From Candidatus Binatus sp. (GTDB lineage Bacteria > Desulfobacterota > Binatia > Binatales > Binataceae): a DNA stretch of 64,000 bases. This document shows, in pieces, positions 16,423-26,717 of this stretch (within the stretch, counting starts at the first letter, position 1; every line of letters begins with the position of its first letter). The stretch is from contig JBEKLS010000001.1 in assembly GCA_050010075.1 (NCBI GenBank), positions 6,563-70,562 on the forward strand. The letters are read 5' to 3'. Both the position numbers and the translations under genes were made by a program. The notes below the pieces were generated by a model. It made no database searches. It was not told where the DNA came from and saw only the letters and a list, made by a program, of their open reading frames with translations.

Positions 16423-17778
16423 ATGAATTCGCAAGTGTTCCGCGAGTACGACATCCGCGGCATCGTCGCCGACGATTTCGATGACGACTTCGTAATCGAT
16501 CTCGGGCGCGGCTACGCGACGCTGTTGCATCGCGCGGGCAAGAAAACCATCACGCTCGGCCGCGACTGCCGGCTATCCTCGGATCGCCTGCGCGACGCTC
16601 TGGCCGAGGGTCTGCTCGGTGCCGGTATCGACGTCGTCGACATCGGCGTGGTGCCGACGCCGCTGCTTTATTTTTCCATGCTGAGCTGGAAGATGGACGG
16701 CGGCGTGATGATCACCGGCAGCCACAACGCGGCCGAGTACAACGGCTTCAAGCTGGGCGTGGGGCCGACGACGATTCACGGCGCGGAGATTCAAAGGCTG
16801 CGCGAAATAATCGAGCGGCGCGATTTCGTTACGACAGGCGCGATGGGCTCGTTCTCCGAGCGCGCTGTGATTCCCGACTACAACGATTTCATCATGTCGC
16901 AGTTCAAGCTCAAGCCCGGACTCAAGGTGGTCGTGGACGGCGGCAACGGATGCGGCGGCGTGATCGCGGCCCCGCTGATGAAGCGTCTCGGGCTCGACAC
17001 GATCGAGCTCTACACAGAGATGGACGGCCGCTTCCCGAACCATCACCCCGACCCGACGGTCGAGGAGAACATGCGCGATCTGGTCGCGGCGGTGAAAGAG
17101 AATCACGCGGCGATCGGAATCGCATACGACGGCGACGCCGACCGCGTCGGTGCGGTGGACGAGAACGGCAAGATCGTGTGGGGCGACGAGCTGATGGTCG
17201 CGTTCTCGCGCGCGATTCTGCGCGATCGCCCGGGCGCGACGATTATCGGCGACGTGAAATGCTCGAAGCGGATGTACGACGATATCGCGCACAACGGCGG
17301 GCGGCCAATCATGTGGAAGACGGGGCATTCGCTGATCAAGAGCAAGCTGAAGGAGGAGCACGCGGCGCTGGCGGGTGAGATGAGCGGGCACATGTTCTTC
17401 GCTGACCGCTACTTCGGCTTCGACGACGCCATCTACGCGTCATTCCGCCTGCTCGAAATCGTCAGCCGCGAGGGCCGCGGACTCGCTGCGATTCTCGCCG
17501 ATCTTCCCGCTAGCCACTTCACGCCGGAGATTCGCGTCGATTGTCCCGACGATCGAAAGTTCGAAGTGGTGCGGCAGGCGGCTGATTTTTTCCGCCAGCA
17601 TTACGAGGTTATCGACATCGACGGCGTGCGGGTTAATTTTGCCGACGGATGGGGCCTCGTGCGCGCGTCGAATACGCAGCCCGCGCTGGTGACGCGCTTC
17701 GAAGCGACCAGCGAAAAACGCTTGTCCGAAATTCGCGCGCTGTTCGACGGCAAACTGCGCGAACTCGGCGCGATCTGA
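16423..17778 (+). CDS. Phosphomannomutase / phosphoglucomutase
   Basis: FREYDIRGIV, the active-site TGSHNAAEYNGFK, and the metal loop DGDADR. Confidence 0.9.
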   Translation: MNSQVFREYDIRGIVADDFDDDFVIDLGRGYATLLHRAGKKTITLGRDCRLSSDRLRDALAEGLLGAGIDVVDIGVVPTPLLYFSMLSWKMDGGVMITGSHNAAEYNGFKLGVGPTTIHGAEIQRLREIIERRDFVTTGAMGSFSERAVIPDYNDFIMSQFKLKPGLKVVVDGGNGCGGVIAAPLMKRLGLDTIELYTEMDGRFPNHHPDPTVEENMRDLVAAVKENHAAIGIAYDGDADRVGAVDENGKIVWGDELMVAFSRAILRDRPGATIIGDVKCSKRMYDDIAHNGGRPIMWKTGHSLIKSKLKEEHAALAGEMSGHMFFADRYFGFDDAIYASFRLLEIVSREGRGLAAILADLPASHFTPEIRVDCPDDRKFEVVRQAADFFRQHYEVIDIDGVRVNFADGWGLVRASNTQPALVTRFEATSEKRLSEIRALFDGKLRELGAI

Positions 17779-17782
17779 CGCG

Positions 17783-18850
17783 ATGGCCCGTAGTTCCGCG
17801 CCGGCGCGCGCCTCGGTGCTGATTATCGCGGGCGGCCGCGGCACGCGCTTTTGGCCCGCCAGCCGCGAGGCAAAACCCAAGCCGCTTTTTTCAATCAACG
17901 GCAAGAGCAGCCTGCTCGCCGACACTATCGCGCGTCATGTGCCGCTGATTCCGCGCGATCGGATTTTTGTGCTGGCCGCTGCGGCCCATCAGGCGCCGTT
18001 CCGGCGCGCGCTGCGCGGCCTGATTCCGGCGCGCAACCTGATCGTCGAGCCGCAAGCGCGCGGCACCGCCGTGGCGATTGCGTACGGCGCCGCGGTTATC
18101 AAGCGCAGGCTCGGCGATGGAATCATCGCCGCGGTCGCGGCCGATCATTATATTCCGACCGCTGCGCCATATCGGCGCACGCTCGCCGATGCGATCGGCC
18201 TCGCCGACACGCATGAGTCGATCGTGGCAATCGGAATTCCGCCCACGCGGCCCGAAACCGGCTACGGCTATCAGAAGATCGGTCCCAAAGTTGGCGCCGG
18301 ATTTCGAATCGAGAAGTTTGTCGAGAAGCCGCCGCTTCCGATCGCGCGAAAGATGGTGCGCAGCGGACGCTACTTGTGGAACGCCTCGATGTTCGTAGTC
18401 TCGACGCGCACGCTGGCGCGGGAGTTCTCGACGCATTGCCCTGACCTCGGTGCTGCCGCAGAAAAGCTCGCGCAGACGCCGCGCGCGAAGCTCGCGCGCG
18501 CGTACGGCCGCCTGCAGTTCGATTCGTTCGACCGCGTCATCATGGAGAAGAGCGCCAACGTGCTCAGCGTGCGCGCGCGATTTTCATGGCATGACGTGGG
18601 ATCGTGGGACGGCCTCTGGGATGCGGTCGGCGACGCGGGCGGCAACGTGATTCGCGGCAGCGCGATCGCGCTCGATTCCGAGCGGGTACTGGCGTTCCCC
18701 GATTCGCGCCTGATGGTGCTGTTCGGCGTGCGCGATCTGATCGTCGTCGACGCGGGTGACGCTATCCTGATTGCACATCGTGAGCGATCGCCAGAAGTCG
18801 GGCGTCTAACCAAGGAGCTCGAGCGGCGCGGGTTGAAGCGTTACTTGTAG
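17783..18850 (+). CDS. Mannose-1-phosphate guanylyltransferase (GDP-mannose pyrophosphorylase)
   Basis: LIIAGGRGTRFWPASR, a nucleotidyltransferase fold; it is adjacent to the phosphomannomutase gene. Confidence 0.8.
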   Translation: MARSSAPARASVLIIAGGRGTRFWPASREAKPKPLFSINGKSSLLADTIARHVPLIPRDRIFVLAAAAHQAPFRRALRGLIPARNLIVEPQARGTAVAIAYGAAVIKRRLGDGIIAAVAADHYIPTAAPYRRTLADAIGLADTHESIVAIGIPPTRPETGYGYQKIGPKVGAGFRIEKFVEKPPLPIARKMVRSGRYLWNASMFVVSTRTLAREFSTHCPDLGAAAEKLAQTPRAKLARAYGRLQFDSFDRVIMEKSANVLSVRARFSWHDVGSWDGLWDAVGDAGGNVIRGSAIALDSERVLAFPDSRLMVLFGVRDLIVVDAGDAILIAHRERSPEVGRLTKELERRGLKRYL

Positions 18851-19318
18851 TCAGTCGAGCGCCAGCGCGTCGCACTTCATCGCGAGCTTGCGCAGTTCGC
18901 TTTCGTGATCGTCGTCTTCAATCGACAGTTGACGCAGTTTGCTGACGATGTCTTCGTCGACCGCTTCCCACTTAATTGCGTTGGTGCGCAAGTCGGATGC
19001 GAGCTCGGCCAGCACTGCGAGGTCGCCGCTCAGGCGCGCCCAATTATTCGAGCCGTCGTGCAGTGCATCTTCGGGCAGTTTCGCCCAAACGTTGTGATCG
19101 GCGAGAATCGAGTGAAGCACCTTGACGTGCGCCGCTTCCGCTTCCGCTAGCGCTTCGACCCCGGGCTTGATACTCGCACCCGTGAGCGGTGCATGCCGCT
19201 TCAGGCGATCGACGAGTCCCTGGTTGCGGCCGGCGATCGCGGCCAGCTCCTCCAGCAATTCCGCGCGCGCCGAATCCGGCGAAAACAATCTCTGAAAAAA
19301 TCCCATACCAGTAGCCAT
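18851..19318 (-). CDS. Hypothetical acidic helical protein
   Basis: The start is taken at MATGMGFFQRLF. It is coding-like with no recognisable motif, and lies 38 bp downstream of the HEIGH protein gene on the same strand. Confidence 0.4.
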   Translation of the reverse strand: MATGMGFFQRLFSPDSARAELLEELAAIAGRNQGLVDRLKRHAPLTGASIKPGVEALAEAEAAHVKVLHSILADHNVWAKLPEDALHDGSNNWARLSGDLAVLAELASDLRTNAIKWEAVDEDIVSKLRQLSIEDDDHESELRKLAMKCDALALD

Positions 19319-19410
19319 CTCCCCCACCCGATGCGCGTTGTTGTCAGGCGATTGCGTGGCGCATCGCGACAATAGCTATCGGCATCGAAGCCGCCTCTGT
19401 CAAGGGAGTG

Positions 19411-19953
19411 CTACGAGTTGAACAGCGCGCGCACCAGCGACGATTCGCGCTTGAAGAATCCCTGCGTGTGGTACGAGTCGTCGAGCCGCAGCAGCGCATA
19501 GTCCAGGTAGTGCCCGATTTCATGCATCAAGGTGCGCACGAAAGTCTTCGGCTTGACCACGTCGTGGCGCTGCGCCGTGCGCATCCACAGCACGATGTAC
19601 GGCTGCCGTCGCATCCGCGGATCGTAAGGATAGAACAGTCCGTGCAGCTCGCCGCGGGTATTGCGAGGGCGCACGCCCCGCACCTCGACGTTGACGGGCG
19701 GAGTCATCAGCGCGCGGCAGATCTCGGCGGTCAACGCCCGTGCGCAAGTCGTCGTCGCCGCGAGGTTGCCGGTCTCGAGCACACGCATGAGGGCGTCGAG
19801 CGAGTTGCGCGCCCCAGTATTGGCGACAAAATCGAAGCGCTCAACCGAATCACTCTTGAGGTACGTGCGCTGCGCGCGCGACGAGAGCCGATAGAAAAAC
19901 GACGGCAGCCGCGTCTCGGAATTCGTGCGAAAGGTCAGGCCGGTAGCCACCAC
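19411..19953 (-). CDS. Hypothetical protein with a C-terminal HEIGH zincin-like motif
   Basis: 180 aa: ...FVRTLMHEIGHYLDYALL.... The HExxH motif suggests a minimal metallopeptidase-like fold. Confidence 0.4.
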   Translation of the reverse strand: MVATGLTFRTNSETRLPSFFYRLSSRAQRTYLKSDSVERFDFVANTGARNSLDALMRVLETGNLAATTTCARALTAEICRALMTPPVNVEVRGVRPRNTRGELHGLFYPYDPRMRRQPYIVLWMRTAQRHDVVKPKTFVRTLMHEIGHYLDYALLRLDDSYHTQGFFKRESSLVRALFNS

Positions 19954-20033
19954 GCCTCCATTGCCGGATACTCACTTCCGGCGCTGCATCCACGAAAGTA
20001 TCATCCGCGCAATAGTCACAAGGGGCAAGCACT

Positions 20034-20516
20034 ATGCAACTGAGTATTGTCGAAATCGCAAAACCCGCGGACGCCAACGTGATCGTCGGCCAGTCGCACT
20101 TCATCAAAACCGTCGAGGACGTTTACGAGGCTCTCGTGCAGGCGGTGCCGGGAATCAAGTTCGGCGTGGCGTTTTGCGAGGCGTCAGGGCCGTGCCTGAT
20201 TCGGCACACGGGCACGGACGCGGCGCTCGAGGACTCGGCGGTCGCGGCGGCGGCGGCAATCGGGGCGGGACACGTGTTCGTCGTGATTCTAGGCAACGCG
20301 TTCCCGGTCAACGTGCTCAATCAGATCAAGTCGGTGAGCGAAGTTTGTACGATATTCTGCGCGACGGCGAACCCACTGCGCGTAATCGTGGCGGAGGAGG
20401 GCGACGGACGCGGCATCGTCGGCGTGATCGACGGCGCTTCGCCCAAAGGCGTCGAAAGCGCGGGCGATCAGGCCGAGCGGCACGCGATGCTCCGGCGATT
20501 CGGCTACAAGCAATAG
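20034..20516 (+). CDS. Hypothetical protein, possibly adenosine-specific-kinase-like (PF04008-like)
   Basis: 160 aa: MQLSIVEIAKPADANVIVGQSHFIKTVEDVYEAL.... The family assignment is from memory and weak. Confidence 0.3.
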   Translation: MQLSIVEIAKPADANVIVGQSHFIKTVEDVYEALVQAVPGIKFGVAFCEASGPCLIRHTGTDAALEDSAVAAAAAIGAGHVFVVILGNAFPVNVLNQIKSVSEVCTIFCATANPLRVIVAEEGDGRGIVGVIDGASPKGVESAGDQAERHAMLRRFGYKQ

Positions 20517-20566
20517 GCGTCGATGGATCAGATCGCCAGCGGGGACTAACCTTGTAGCTGAGGTTA

Positions 20567-23038
20567 GTGACGCTGATGGGCGGCGGACGGCAGGAACCAC
20601 CAAAACCGAAACCGAAACCGGCGACGAAGAAAAGCGGCGAGTGGCGAATCCGCGGATGGCGCGTGCGCAATCTCGCTGCCGGCGGATTCCTGCTGGCGTT
20701 CTTTGCGATCGGATTTTACCTGGCGCAGCTCTACGGCGAGATCTCCGCGCTGATCGAGCAGCGCCGCGCCGCGCTGACCTCCGCGATTTTTTCCGCGCCC
20801 TTTCCGATTCGCGCCGGTGACGACTTCGATCGCAGCGGACTGCTCGATCGTCTGGCACAGTTGAGCTACTCGCAGGTGCCGTTTGCCAGCGCACCCGGCG
20901 AGTACACGAGGGCCAAGAATGCGATCGCGATTTACCTGCGCAAGTTCAACGTCGGCGCGAAGGAATACCCGGCCGAGATGGTGCGCGTTGCCCTCGACGG
21001 CACCCGAATCACGCTGGTCGCCGATTCATTCGGCGTCGCCAAGTCGGACGCGATGCTCGAGCCTGAGGTTATCGGTCGCCTGCTGCCGGGCGCGCCCGCT
21101 GAACGCGTCGAGGTCCAGCTCGGCCAGCTCAAGCCGTACCTGGTGAAGGGGTTGCTCGCCAGCGAAGATCGTTTTTTCTACTACCATCCGGGAATCGATC
21201 CGATCCGCATCGTCGAGGCCGCGATTTCCGACGTGCGCGCGCACCGCCTCGTGCAGGGCGCCAGCACGCTCACGCAGCAACTGGCGCGGACCTTCATGGA
21301 ACGCCACGAGCGCACCTTCAGCCGCAAATTTCGTGAGCTGGCGGTGACGGCGGTGCTGGAAATTCGTCTCAAGAAAGACGAAATCCTCGAGCGCTACATC
21401 AACGACGTGCCGATGGGCGAGTACCAGGGCACGCCGATCGACGGGATGCCGCAGGCGGCGCGATATTTTTTCAACAAGGATCTCTCCGAGGTCACGCCCG
21501 CCGAGGCCGCGACCCTGATCGGAATGATCCAGGCGCCGACGCTGTACGATCCGCGGCGTCATCCCGACGCATGCCTCGAGCGGCGCAACGTCGTGCTCGG
21601 CGTGATGAAACACGCGGGCGTGATCGATGACGCCACCTACACTGCCGCTATCGCGACGCCGATTCAGATCACCCAGCCGCCGGGCCTGCGCCGCGCGCCG
21701 TACTTCACCGACTACGTGACGGCGTTCGTGACCAAAATTCCCGGCTTCGACGGCCATCTCGAGGGCCTCAAGGTTTACACGACGCTCGACACTGAGATGC
21801 AGGCCGACGCGGTCGACGCCGTCAGCGACAATATCGCGCAGCTCGAAAAAAACCATCGACGCCTGCGCCGCGCTGCCAACGACGCGAAGCTGCAGACCTC
21901 GATGGTCGCGCTGGACGCGGACACCGGTGCGATTCGCGCGATGATCGGCGGGCGCGACTACTCCGAGAGCCAGTTTAATCGCGCGGCCAACGCGCAGCGC
22001 CAGCCCGGCTCGGCGTTCAAGCCTATCGTCTATCTTGCCGCGCTCGATCCCGAGCGCGCGCCGTTCTCGCCGCCGCTCACGCTCGCCTCGACTCTCCCCG
22101 ACGAGCCGATGACCTTCGGCGGCTGGACGCCCGCGAACTACGAGCGCACCTATCAGCCGCAAGTGACCGTCGTGCAGGCGCTGTACGAATCGCTCAACGT
22201 GCCGACCGCGTACGTCGGCAACGAGCTCGGCCCCGCCACGATTGTGAAAACGGCGCACGAGATGGGTATCAACGAGGACCTGCCCGCGGTGCTGCCGATT
22301 TCGATCGGCGCTGACGAGACCACGCTGCTCGAGCTCACTTCCGCGTACCAGGTTTTCGCGACCGAGGGCCTTCAGTCGCCGCCGTACGCGGTCGAAGCGG
22401 TCGTCGATGCGAAGGGGCATCAGATTTACCTTCACGAGGACGTCGAGAATCGCGTGATTCGTCCCGCCGTCGCCTATCTCATCACGGGCGCTCTCAAAGC
22501 CGTCCTGCGCTATGGAACCGGCGCGAGTGCGGGCCGGCTCGGCCTGGATTTTCCGGCGGCGGGCAAGACCGGCACGACCCAGGATTACAAGGACGCATAC
22601 TTTATCGGTTACACGCCGGCGATCGTGTGCGGCGTCTGGGTCGGCTTCGACCAGCCTGAGAGCCTCGGCTTGACCGGCGCGCAAGCGGCGCTGCCGGCAT
22701 GGGTTCAGTTCATGCAGGATGCGGCGCCGGCGGATCCCGAGGATTTCCCCGAGCCGTCGGGCGTCACGATGGCGACGATCGATCCCGAGTCGGGCGGCCT
22801 GGCGACTTCGGCATGTCCCAAGCAGGTTGAGCTGCCTTTTCTAATCGGCACGGCGCCGACGCAGATGTGCGCGCTCCACGGCGGAATCTTCGCGAGCTCG
22901 CCCGCGCCTCCACCAATGCCGGCGATACCGCCGATGCCGGGATCTACGCCGCCGCAGCCAGTCGCATCGGCCAGCCCGTCGTCATCCGACGTCTTCGGCG
23001 CAGTCGGAAAATTCCTGAAAGGGATTTTCTCACCCTAG
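20567..23038 (+). CDS. Bifunctional class A penicillin-binding protein (glycosyltransferase plus transpeptidase)
   Basis: The GT51 motifs are EDRFFYYHPGIDP and RLVQGASTLTQQL. The transpeptidase motifs are the SxxK at QPGSAFKP and the KTGT at AAGKTGTT. There is an N-terminal transmembrane anchor and a proline-rich C-terminal tail. Confidence 0.85.
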   Translation: MTLMGGGRQEPPKPKPKPATKKSGEWRIRGWRVRNLAAGGFLLAFFAIGFYLAQLYGEISALIEQRRAALTSAIFSAPFPIRAGDDFDRSGLLDRLAQLSYSQVPFASAPGEYTRAKNAIAIYLRKFNVGAKEYPAEMVRVALDGTRITLVADSFGVAKSDAMLEPEVIGRLLPGAPAERVEVQLGQLKPYLVKGLLASEDRFFYYHPGIDPIRIVEAAISDVRAHRLVQGASTLTQQLARTFMERHERTFSRKFRELAVTAVLEIRLKKDEILERYINDVPMGEYQGTPIDGMPQAARYFFNKDLSEVTPAEAATLIGMIQAPTLYDPRRHPDACLERRNVVLGVMKHAGVIDDATYTAAIATPIQITQPPGLRRAPYFTDYVTAFVTKIPGFDGHLEGLKVYTTLDTEMQADAVDAVSDNIAQLEKNHRRLRRAANDAKLQTSMVALDADTGAIRAMIGGRDYSESQFNRAANAQRQPGSAFKPIVYLAALDPERAPFSPPLTLASTLPDEPMTFGGWTPANYERTYQPQVTVVQALYESLNVPTAYVGNELGPATIVKTAHEMGINEDLPAVLPISIGADETTLLELTSAYQVFATEGLQSPPYAVEAVVDAKGHQIYLHEDVENRVIRPAVAYLITGALKAVLRYGTGASAGRLGLDFPAAGKTGTTQDYKDAYFIGYTPAIVCGVWVGFDQPESLGLTGAQAALPAWVQFMQDAAPADPEDFPEPSGVTMATIDPESGGLATSACPKQVELPFLIGTAPTQMCALHGGIFASSPAPPPMPAIPPMPGSTPPQPVASASPSSSDVFGAVGKFLKGIFSP

Positions 23039-23047
23039 CTCTTTCCT

Positions 23048-23076
23048 CGCCTCTCCCTGTCGGGGAGAGGTCGCGC
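23048..23076. repeat. REP-like palindrome, family A (gcctctccctgtcggggagaggtcgc)
   Basis: A stem-loop palindrome 10 bp after the PBP stop codon. Confidence 0.6.
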
Positions 23077-23231
23077 CGAAGGCGCGGGTGAGGGTCCGCT
23101 TTCCGGGAAGTCTTCTTCTCGTTTTCCCTGAGAGGGCGAGGCTGAGAAAAATCTGAAACTTTTTCGCCTGAGATTCGTCTAATGACCGCGGATGTACGCC
23201 CGCCTGATTCCTGTCAGTTTGATACAATCAG

Positions 23232-24659
23232 GTGGTGACCGCCGAGTTCCGGAGCCGAGCACGCTTGCAAGATCATCTGCATAACAGCCCGCGATGGGCT
23301 CGAATTGCGCGCGCAGCGCTCGCCGCCGCTGGACTGATCGGTCTGCTCGCCGCGAGCGGATGCATCAACGAATCGCCGTCGCATGACTCATCGGCCATCG
23401 ACGATCCCGCCGTCTCGCACGGCAGCCAGGCCGCGACCCACAATGCCAAGGCGGCGATTCCCGACGCGGGTGACGTGCTGATTGCGGGCGGCGCTGACGC
23501 CTCGAATCGAAGTCTCGCGAGCGCGGAGTTTTTCGATCCGGCGTCGGGCCAGTTCGTCGCGACCGGAAGCGGGGCGTTGAGTCGCGCGAGCGCATCTGCG
23601 GCTGCCCTTTCGGGGAGCCAGGTGCTGCTCGACGGTGGCTTCAGCGGCGATGCTGCGATTAAGAATTTTTCGCTCAACCTCGAAGGCAAGGTGCTGGGCA
23701 GCGCGGAGATTTTCGACGAGACGACCGGCACCTTCTCACTCGCCGGCCGGATGACCACGCCGCGGATGGGTTTCACGGCGACCGCGCTCACCAACGGCAA
23801 GGTGCTGCTGGCCGGCGGCTTCGACGATCAAAACAATGTGCTCGACACCGGCGAGCTGTACGATCCCGTCGCGCACAAGTTCTCCCTGGTCACCAACACG
23901 ATGAGCGATCGGCGCGCCTTTCACAGCGCGACGCTTCTGCTGAGCGGCAAAGTGCTGCTGGCCGGCGGCGCGACCAACCTCACCGGCGACACGACCAACT
24001 CCGCCGACATCTATGATCCCGCGTCGAACTCGTTCACGCCCGCGACCTTCCCGATGGACCATCAGCGCGCCGCGCATACCGCGACGCTGTTCGCGACGGG
24101 CCCGCTGGCCGGCAGGGTGCTGATAACCGGCGGCGTCGGCGGCTCGAGCTTCTTCTTCAAGGACAGCAGCGCCGAGATTTACGATCCGACGTCGCAGGAA
24201 TTCAGCCTGCTCTCCAGCTTCATGAACGAGCCGCGCTCGATGCATACCGCGACGCTGCTCGACGACGGCACCGTCCTGCTCGCCGGCGGCTTCAGCGGCA
24301 CCGTCGCAGTTTCGGGCGGCGTGTTATCGGGCGCGTCGGGTTTGATCAGCAATTCGGCTGAGACCTTCGATCCGAACACCGGCGATTTCACTTGCGTCGG
24401 CGGATTCAACACCGACACGACGCGATGCAACCAGTCGATGACCTCTGCGCGCGCGGGGCATACTGCGACGCTGCTCGGGAGCGGCCCGACGCCCCACCGA
24501 GTGCTGATTGCCGGTGGAATCGGCGCCGCCGATCCTGCCGCGCACGGCCTCGAGCTCAGCAGCGCCGAGCTGTTCAATCCCGCGGGCGGCGGCAGTTTCG
24601 CCGCGACCGGCTCGATGGCCACTGCGCGCGCCCTTCACACCGCGACTCTGCTCCGCTAG
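23232..24659 (+). CDS. Kelch-repeat beta-propeller lipoprotein
   Basis: The lipobox is LLAASGC. Kelch repeats recur (GKVLLAGG..., repeated RxxHTATLL units). Confidence 0.75.
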   Translation: MVTAEFRSRARLQDHLHNSPRWARIARAALAAAGLIGLLAASGCINESPSHDSSAIDDPAVSHGSQAATHNAKAAIPDAGDVLIAGGADASNRSLASAEFFDPASGQFVATGSGALSRASASAAALSGSQVLLDGGFSGDAAIKNFSLNLEGKVLGSAEIFDETTGTFSLAGRMTTPRMGFTATALTNGKVLLAGGFDDQNNVLDTGELYDPVAHKFSLVTNTMSDRRAFHSATLLLSGKVLLAGGATNLTGDTTNSADIYDPASNSFTPATFPMDHQRAAHTATLFATGPLAGRVLITGGVGGSSFFFKDSSAEIYDPTSQEFSLLSSFMNEPRSMHTATLLDDGTVLLAGGFSGTVAVSGGVLSGASGLISNSAETFDPNTGDFTCVGGFNTDTTRCNQSMTSARAGHTATLLGSGPTPHRVLIAGGIGAADPAAHGLELSSAELFNPAGGGSFAATGSMATARALHTATLLR

Positions 24660-24663
24660 GCGC

Positions 24664-25539
24664 TCATTCCAGAGGCTCGTCGGCATCGGCGCCGTCCGCG
24701 TCGCCGGATTCGGCGATTGCAAATCGCTCCTGCACACTCGACGCATCCGCGACCAGCTTGCGCGACACGATGATAAACGCCGAGTGCGCGATCATCCTGA
24801 AATGCGGGCGCACACTCATCCCCTTCACCTGCCAATGGCGCAGCATCGTCTCAAAACTTTCGATCTCGCCGAAATCGCTGCGCGCCTGGATCGCCTCGCA
24901 GGTGTCCTTGAGCTGCACCGCCGTCGGCACGTAGCAGACCAGCACGGCGCCCGGCCGCAGCGCAGCCGCCGCAACCGCGAGCGCGCGTCCCGGCTCCGCG
25001 AGATCGAGAAACATCCGATCGACGCCGGTTTCATCGAAGCCCGTGTAGAGGTCGCGCACCTTGATAGTCCAGTTCGGCGCGTCGCCGAAAAACGCCGCCA
25101 CGTTCTTGCGCGCGGCGTCGGCAAAATCCTCGCGCAGCTCGTACGAGATTACGCGTCCCGCCGGCCCGACCGCGCGCAGCAGCGCAATCGTCAGCGCGCC
25201 CGCACCGGTGCCGCCTTCAATCACCGTCGCGCCGGGAAACACGTCGCCCCAAATCAGCAACGGGCCCGTGTCCTTGGGATAAATCACCTGCGACGCGCGC
25301 GGCAGATGCGGGATCAGGTCGGCGTACGTGGGCCGCAGCACCAGGAACGCCTCGCCGGTCGAAAACTTGACGCGCGATCCTTCCTCGACGCCGAACAAAT
25401 CGTCAGCGCGCAGCTCGCCGCGGATAAGCAGCTTCTTGCCCGCCCGCAGCATCTTCATGTAGCGCCGCCCCTTGCGGTCGATAAAAATAACAGCGTCGTT
25501 TTCTTTAAGCCGCGAGTCCAAAGTACTCAACGCTTGCAC
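24664..25539 (-). CDS. trmI: tRNA (adenine-N1)-methyltransferase (TrmI/Gcd14 family)
   Basis: GATVIEGGTGAGALTIALLRAVGPAGRVISYE is a Rossmann SAM-binding motif; the overall layout is TrmI-like. GTG start. Confidence 0.75.
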   Translation of the reverse strand: MQALSTLDSRLKENDAVIFIDRKGRRYMKMLRAGKKLLIRGELRADDLFGVEEGSRVKFSTGEAFLVLRPTYADLIPHLPRASQVIYPKDTGPLLIWGDVFPGATVIEGGTGAGALTIALLRAVGPAGRVISYELREDFADAARKNVAAFFGDAPNWTIKVRDLYTGFDETGVDRMFLDLAEPGRALAVAAAALRPGAVLVCYVPTAVQLKDTCEAIQARSDFGEIESFETMLRHWQVKGMSVRPHFRMIAHSAFIIVSRKLVADASSVQERFAIAESGDADGADADEPLE

Positions 25540-25583
25540 GCAGCAAGCGCCCGGGCAACACGCACCAGCGTCACAAATCTGGT

Positions 25584-25878
25584 TCCCCTTCCACCAGGGG
25601 AAGGGGTTAGGTTAGGTCGCTCGCATCGTTCGCGATGCTTTTTTGTCATCCTGACGAGCCGAGCATCGCGAGGGGAGGAAGGACCTCGGACAGCTTCGCG
25701 CAAGCGAAGCCGGTTCCGGTTTCCGAAATCGCGCAGCGCTCCATTTTTCTGATCGTGTCACGCAGGCCGCCGGAATCTCATCGGATGGCAGCAATCCAAA
25801 ACCGGAACCGGCGGCGCTTGCGCCCCGCTGTCCGAGATCCTTCCATCCGTTCGCTGTTGCTCGCTTCGTCAGGATGAC
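25584..25878. repeat. Composite repeat: cccttccaccaggggaagggg motif plus a complete 235-bp MITE with TGTCATCCTGACGA terminal inverted repeats
   Basis: The terminal inverted repeats are 25644-25657 and 25865-25878. The internal inverted repeat is ccggttccggttt / aaaccggaaccgg. Confidence 0.6.
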
Positions 25879-26054
25879 AGGCCAGATGCGCGCCCCCGCG
25901 CACTGCCTATTGACTATACGACCTTGCGACCTTACCTTTGACAATGCACCCGGCCGGATGGTTGCATCCATCGCCGGGTCGTTTTGCGTCAACGTTGATC
26001 CGATTCCAGGGACAATTCGCGAGCCGTTAATCCAACTCGAGAGCGTCGCACGTC

Positions 26055-26225
26055 ATGGCAGAGAAAAAAGCAAAAACCGCTGAGAAAAACGCCGGCATCC
26101 AGCAGAAACACATCTGCCCCAGTTGCGGCGCCGAGTCCAAGGTGACCAAGTTCGCCGGCTTCGGCCGCCGGGGCTTCTACCTCGTCTGCGAGAAGGCCTG
26201 CGGCTTCGTCGGACGCACGCGCTAA
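26055..26225 (+). CDS. Small zinc-ribbon protein (56 aa), not in the ORF table
   Basis: Manual translation gives MAEKKAKTAEKNAGIQQKHICPSCGAESKVTKFAGFGRRGFYLVCEKACGFVGRTR*, with CxxC...CxxC. It is below the 60-aa table cutoff. Confidence 0.4.
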   Translation: MAEKKAKTAEKNAGIQQKHICPSCGAESKVTKFAGFGRRGFYLVCEKACGFVGRTR

Positions 26226-26247
26226 GCGGGCAGGGGGTATACACGCG

Positions 26248-26676
26248 ATGGGCAGAGCGCGCAAAAGCAAGACCTCCAAGCGCGACAAGTACGCGTCGTT
26301 CGGCGATATGGCGGACGAGGCGGATGAAGATGCCGACCTTCCCAAGGACGAAGCCGGCCGGCGAAAAATCAAGCGCCAGTACGGCGAGCTGCTCGGCATC
26401 CGGATCGAAAAGCTGCGCGGGCGAGTCCTGAACCGCGAGCGAATCAACAAGACCATCGAAGGCATCTACTTCATCTGCGGCTCATGCCTGAAAGTCTGCC
26501 ATTCGCTCGACGACGGCTTCAGCGAAGATCCCGCCAATCTGAATAATCTGTGCGGCGCATGCGCCAAGGCCCAGGCCGCTGCCGTTACCGCGGCGGCCGC
26601 TGCAGCCAAGGACACCACCGGCGGAACAACGCGCCGCCCGACGCGACCGGCAAAAAAACGCGCCGCCGCAAGCTGA
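26248..26676 (+). CDS. Hypothetical basic protein with a CxxC...CxxC zinc ribbon
   Basis: 142 aa with basic N- and C-terminal tails: FICGSCLKVCHSLDD...NLCGACAKAQ. Confidence 0.45.
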   Translation: MGRARKSKTSKRDKYASFGDMADEADEDADLPKDEAGRRKIKRQYGELLGIRIEKLRGRVLNRERINKTIEGIYFICGSCLKVCHSLDDGFSEDPANLNNLCGACAKAQAAAVTAAAAAAKDTTGGTTRRPTRPAKKRAAAS

Positions 26677-26717
26677 CCATGCTTGTGCGCATGGCACCGA
26701 AAAGCTAAACAGGGCCG

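Noticed and set aside
16573-17391. 272-aa minus-strand ORF
   Set aside because: Antisense shadow of the phosphomannomutase gene.
21026-22684. 552-aa minus-strand ORF inside the PBP gene
   Set aside because: High-GC antisense shadow. The plus-strand frame carries all the PBP motifs.
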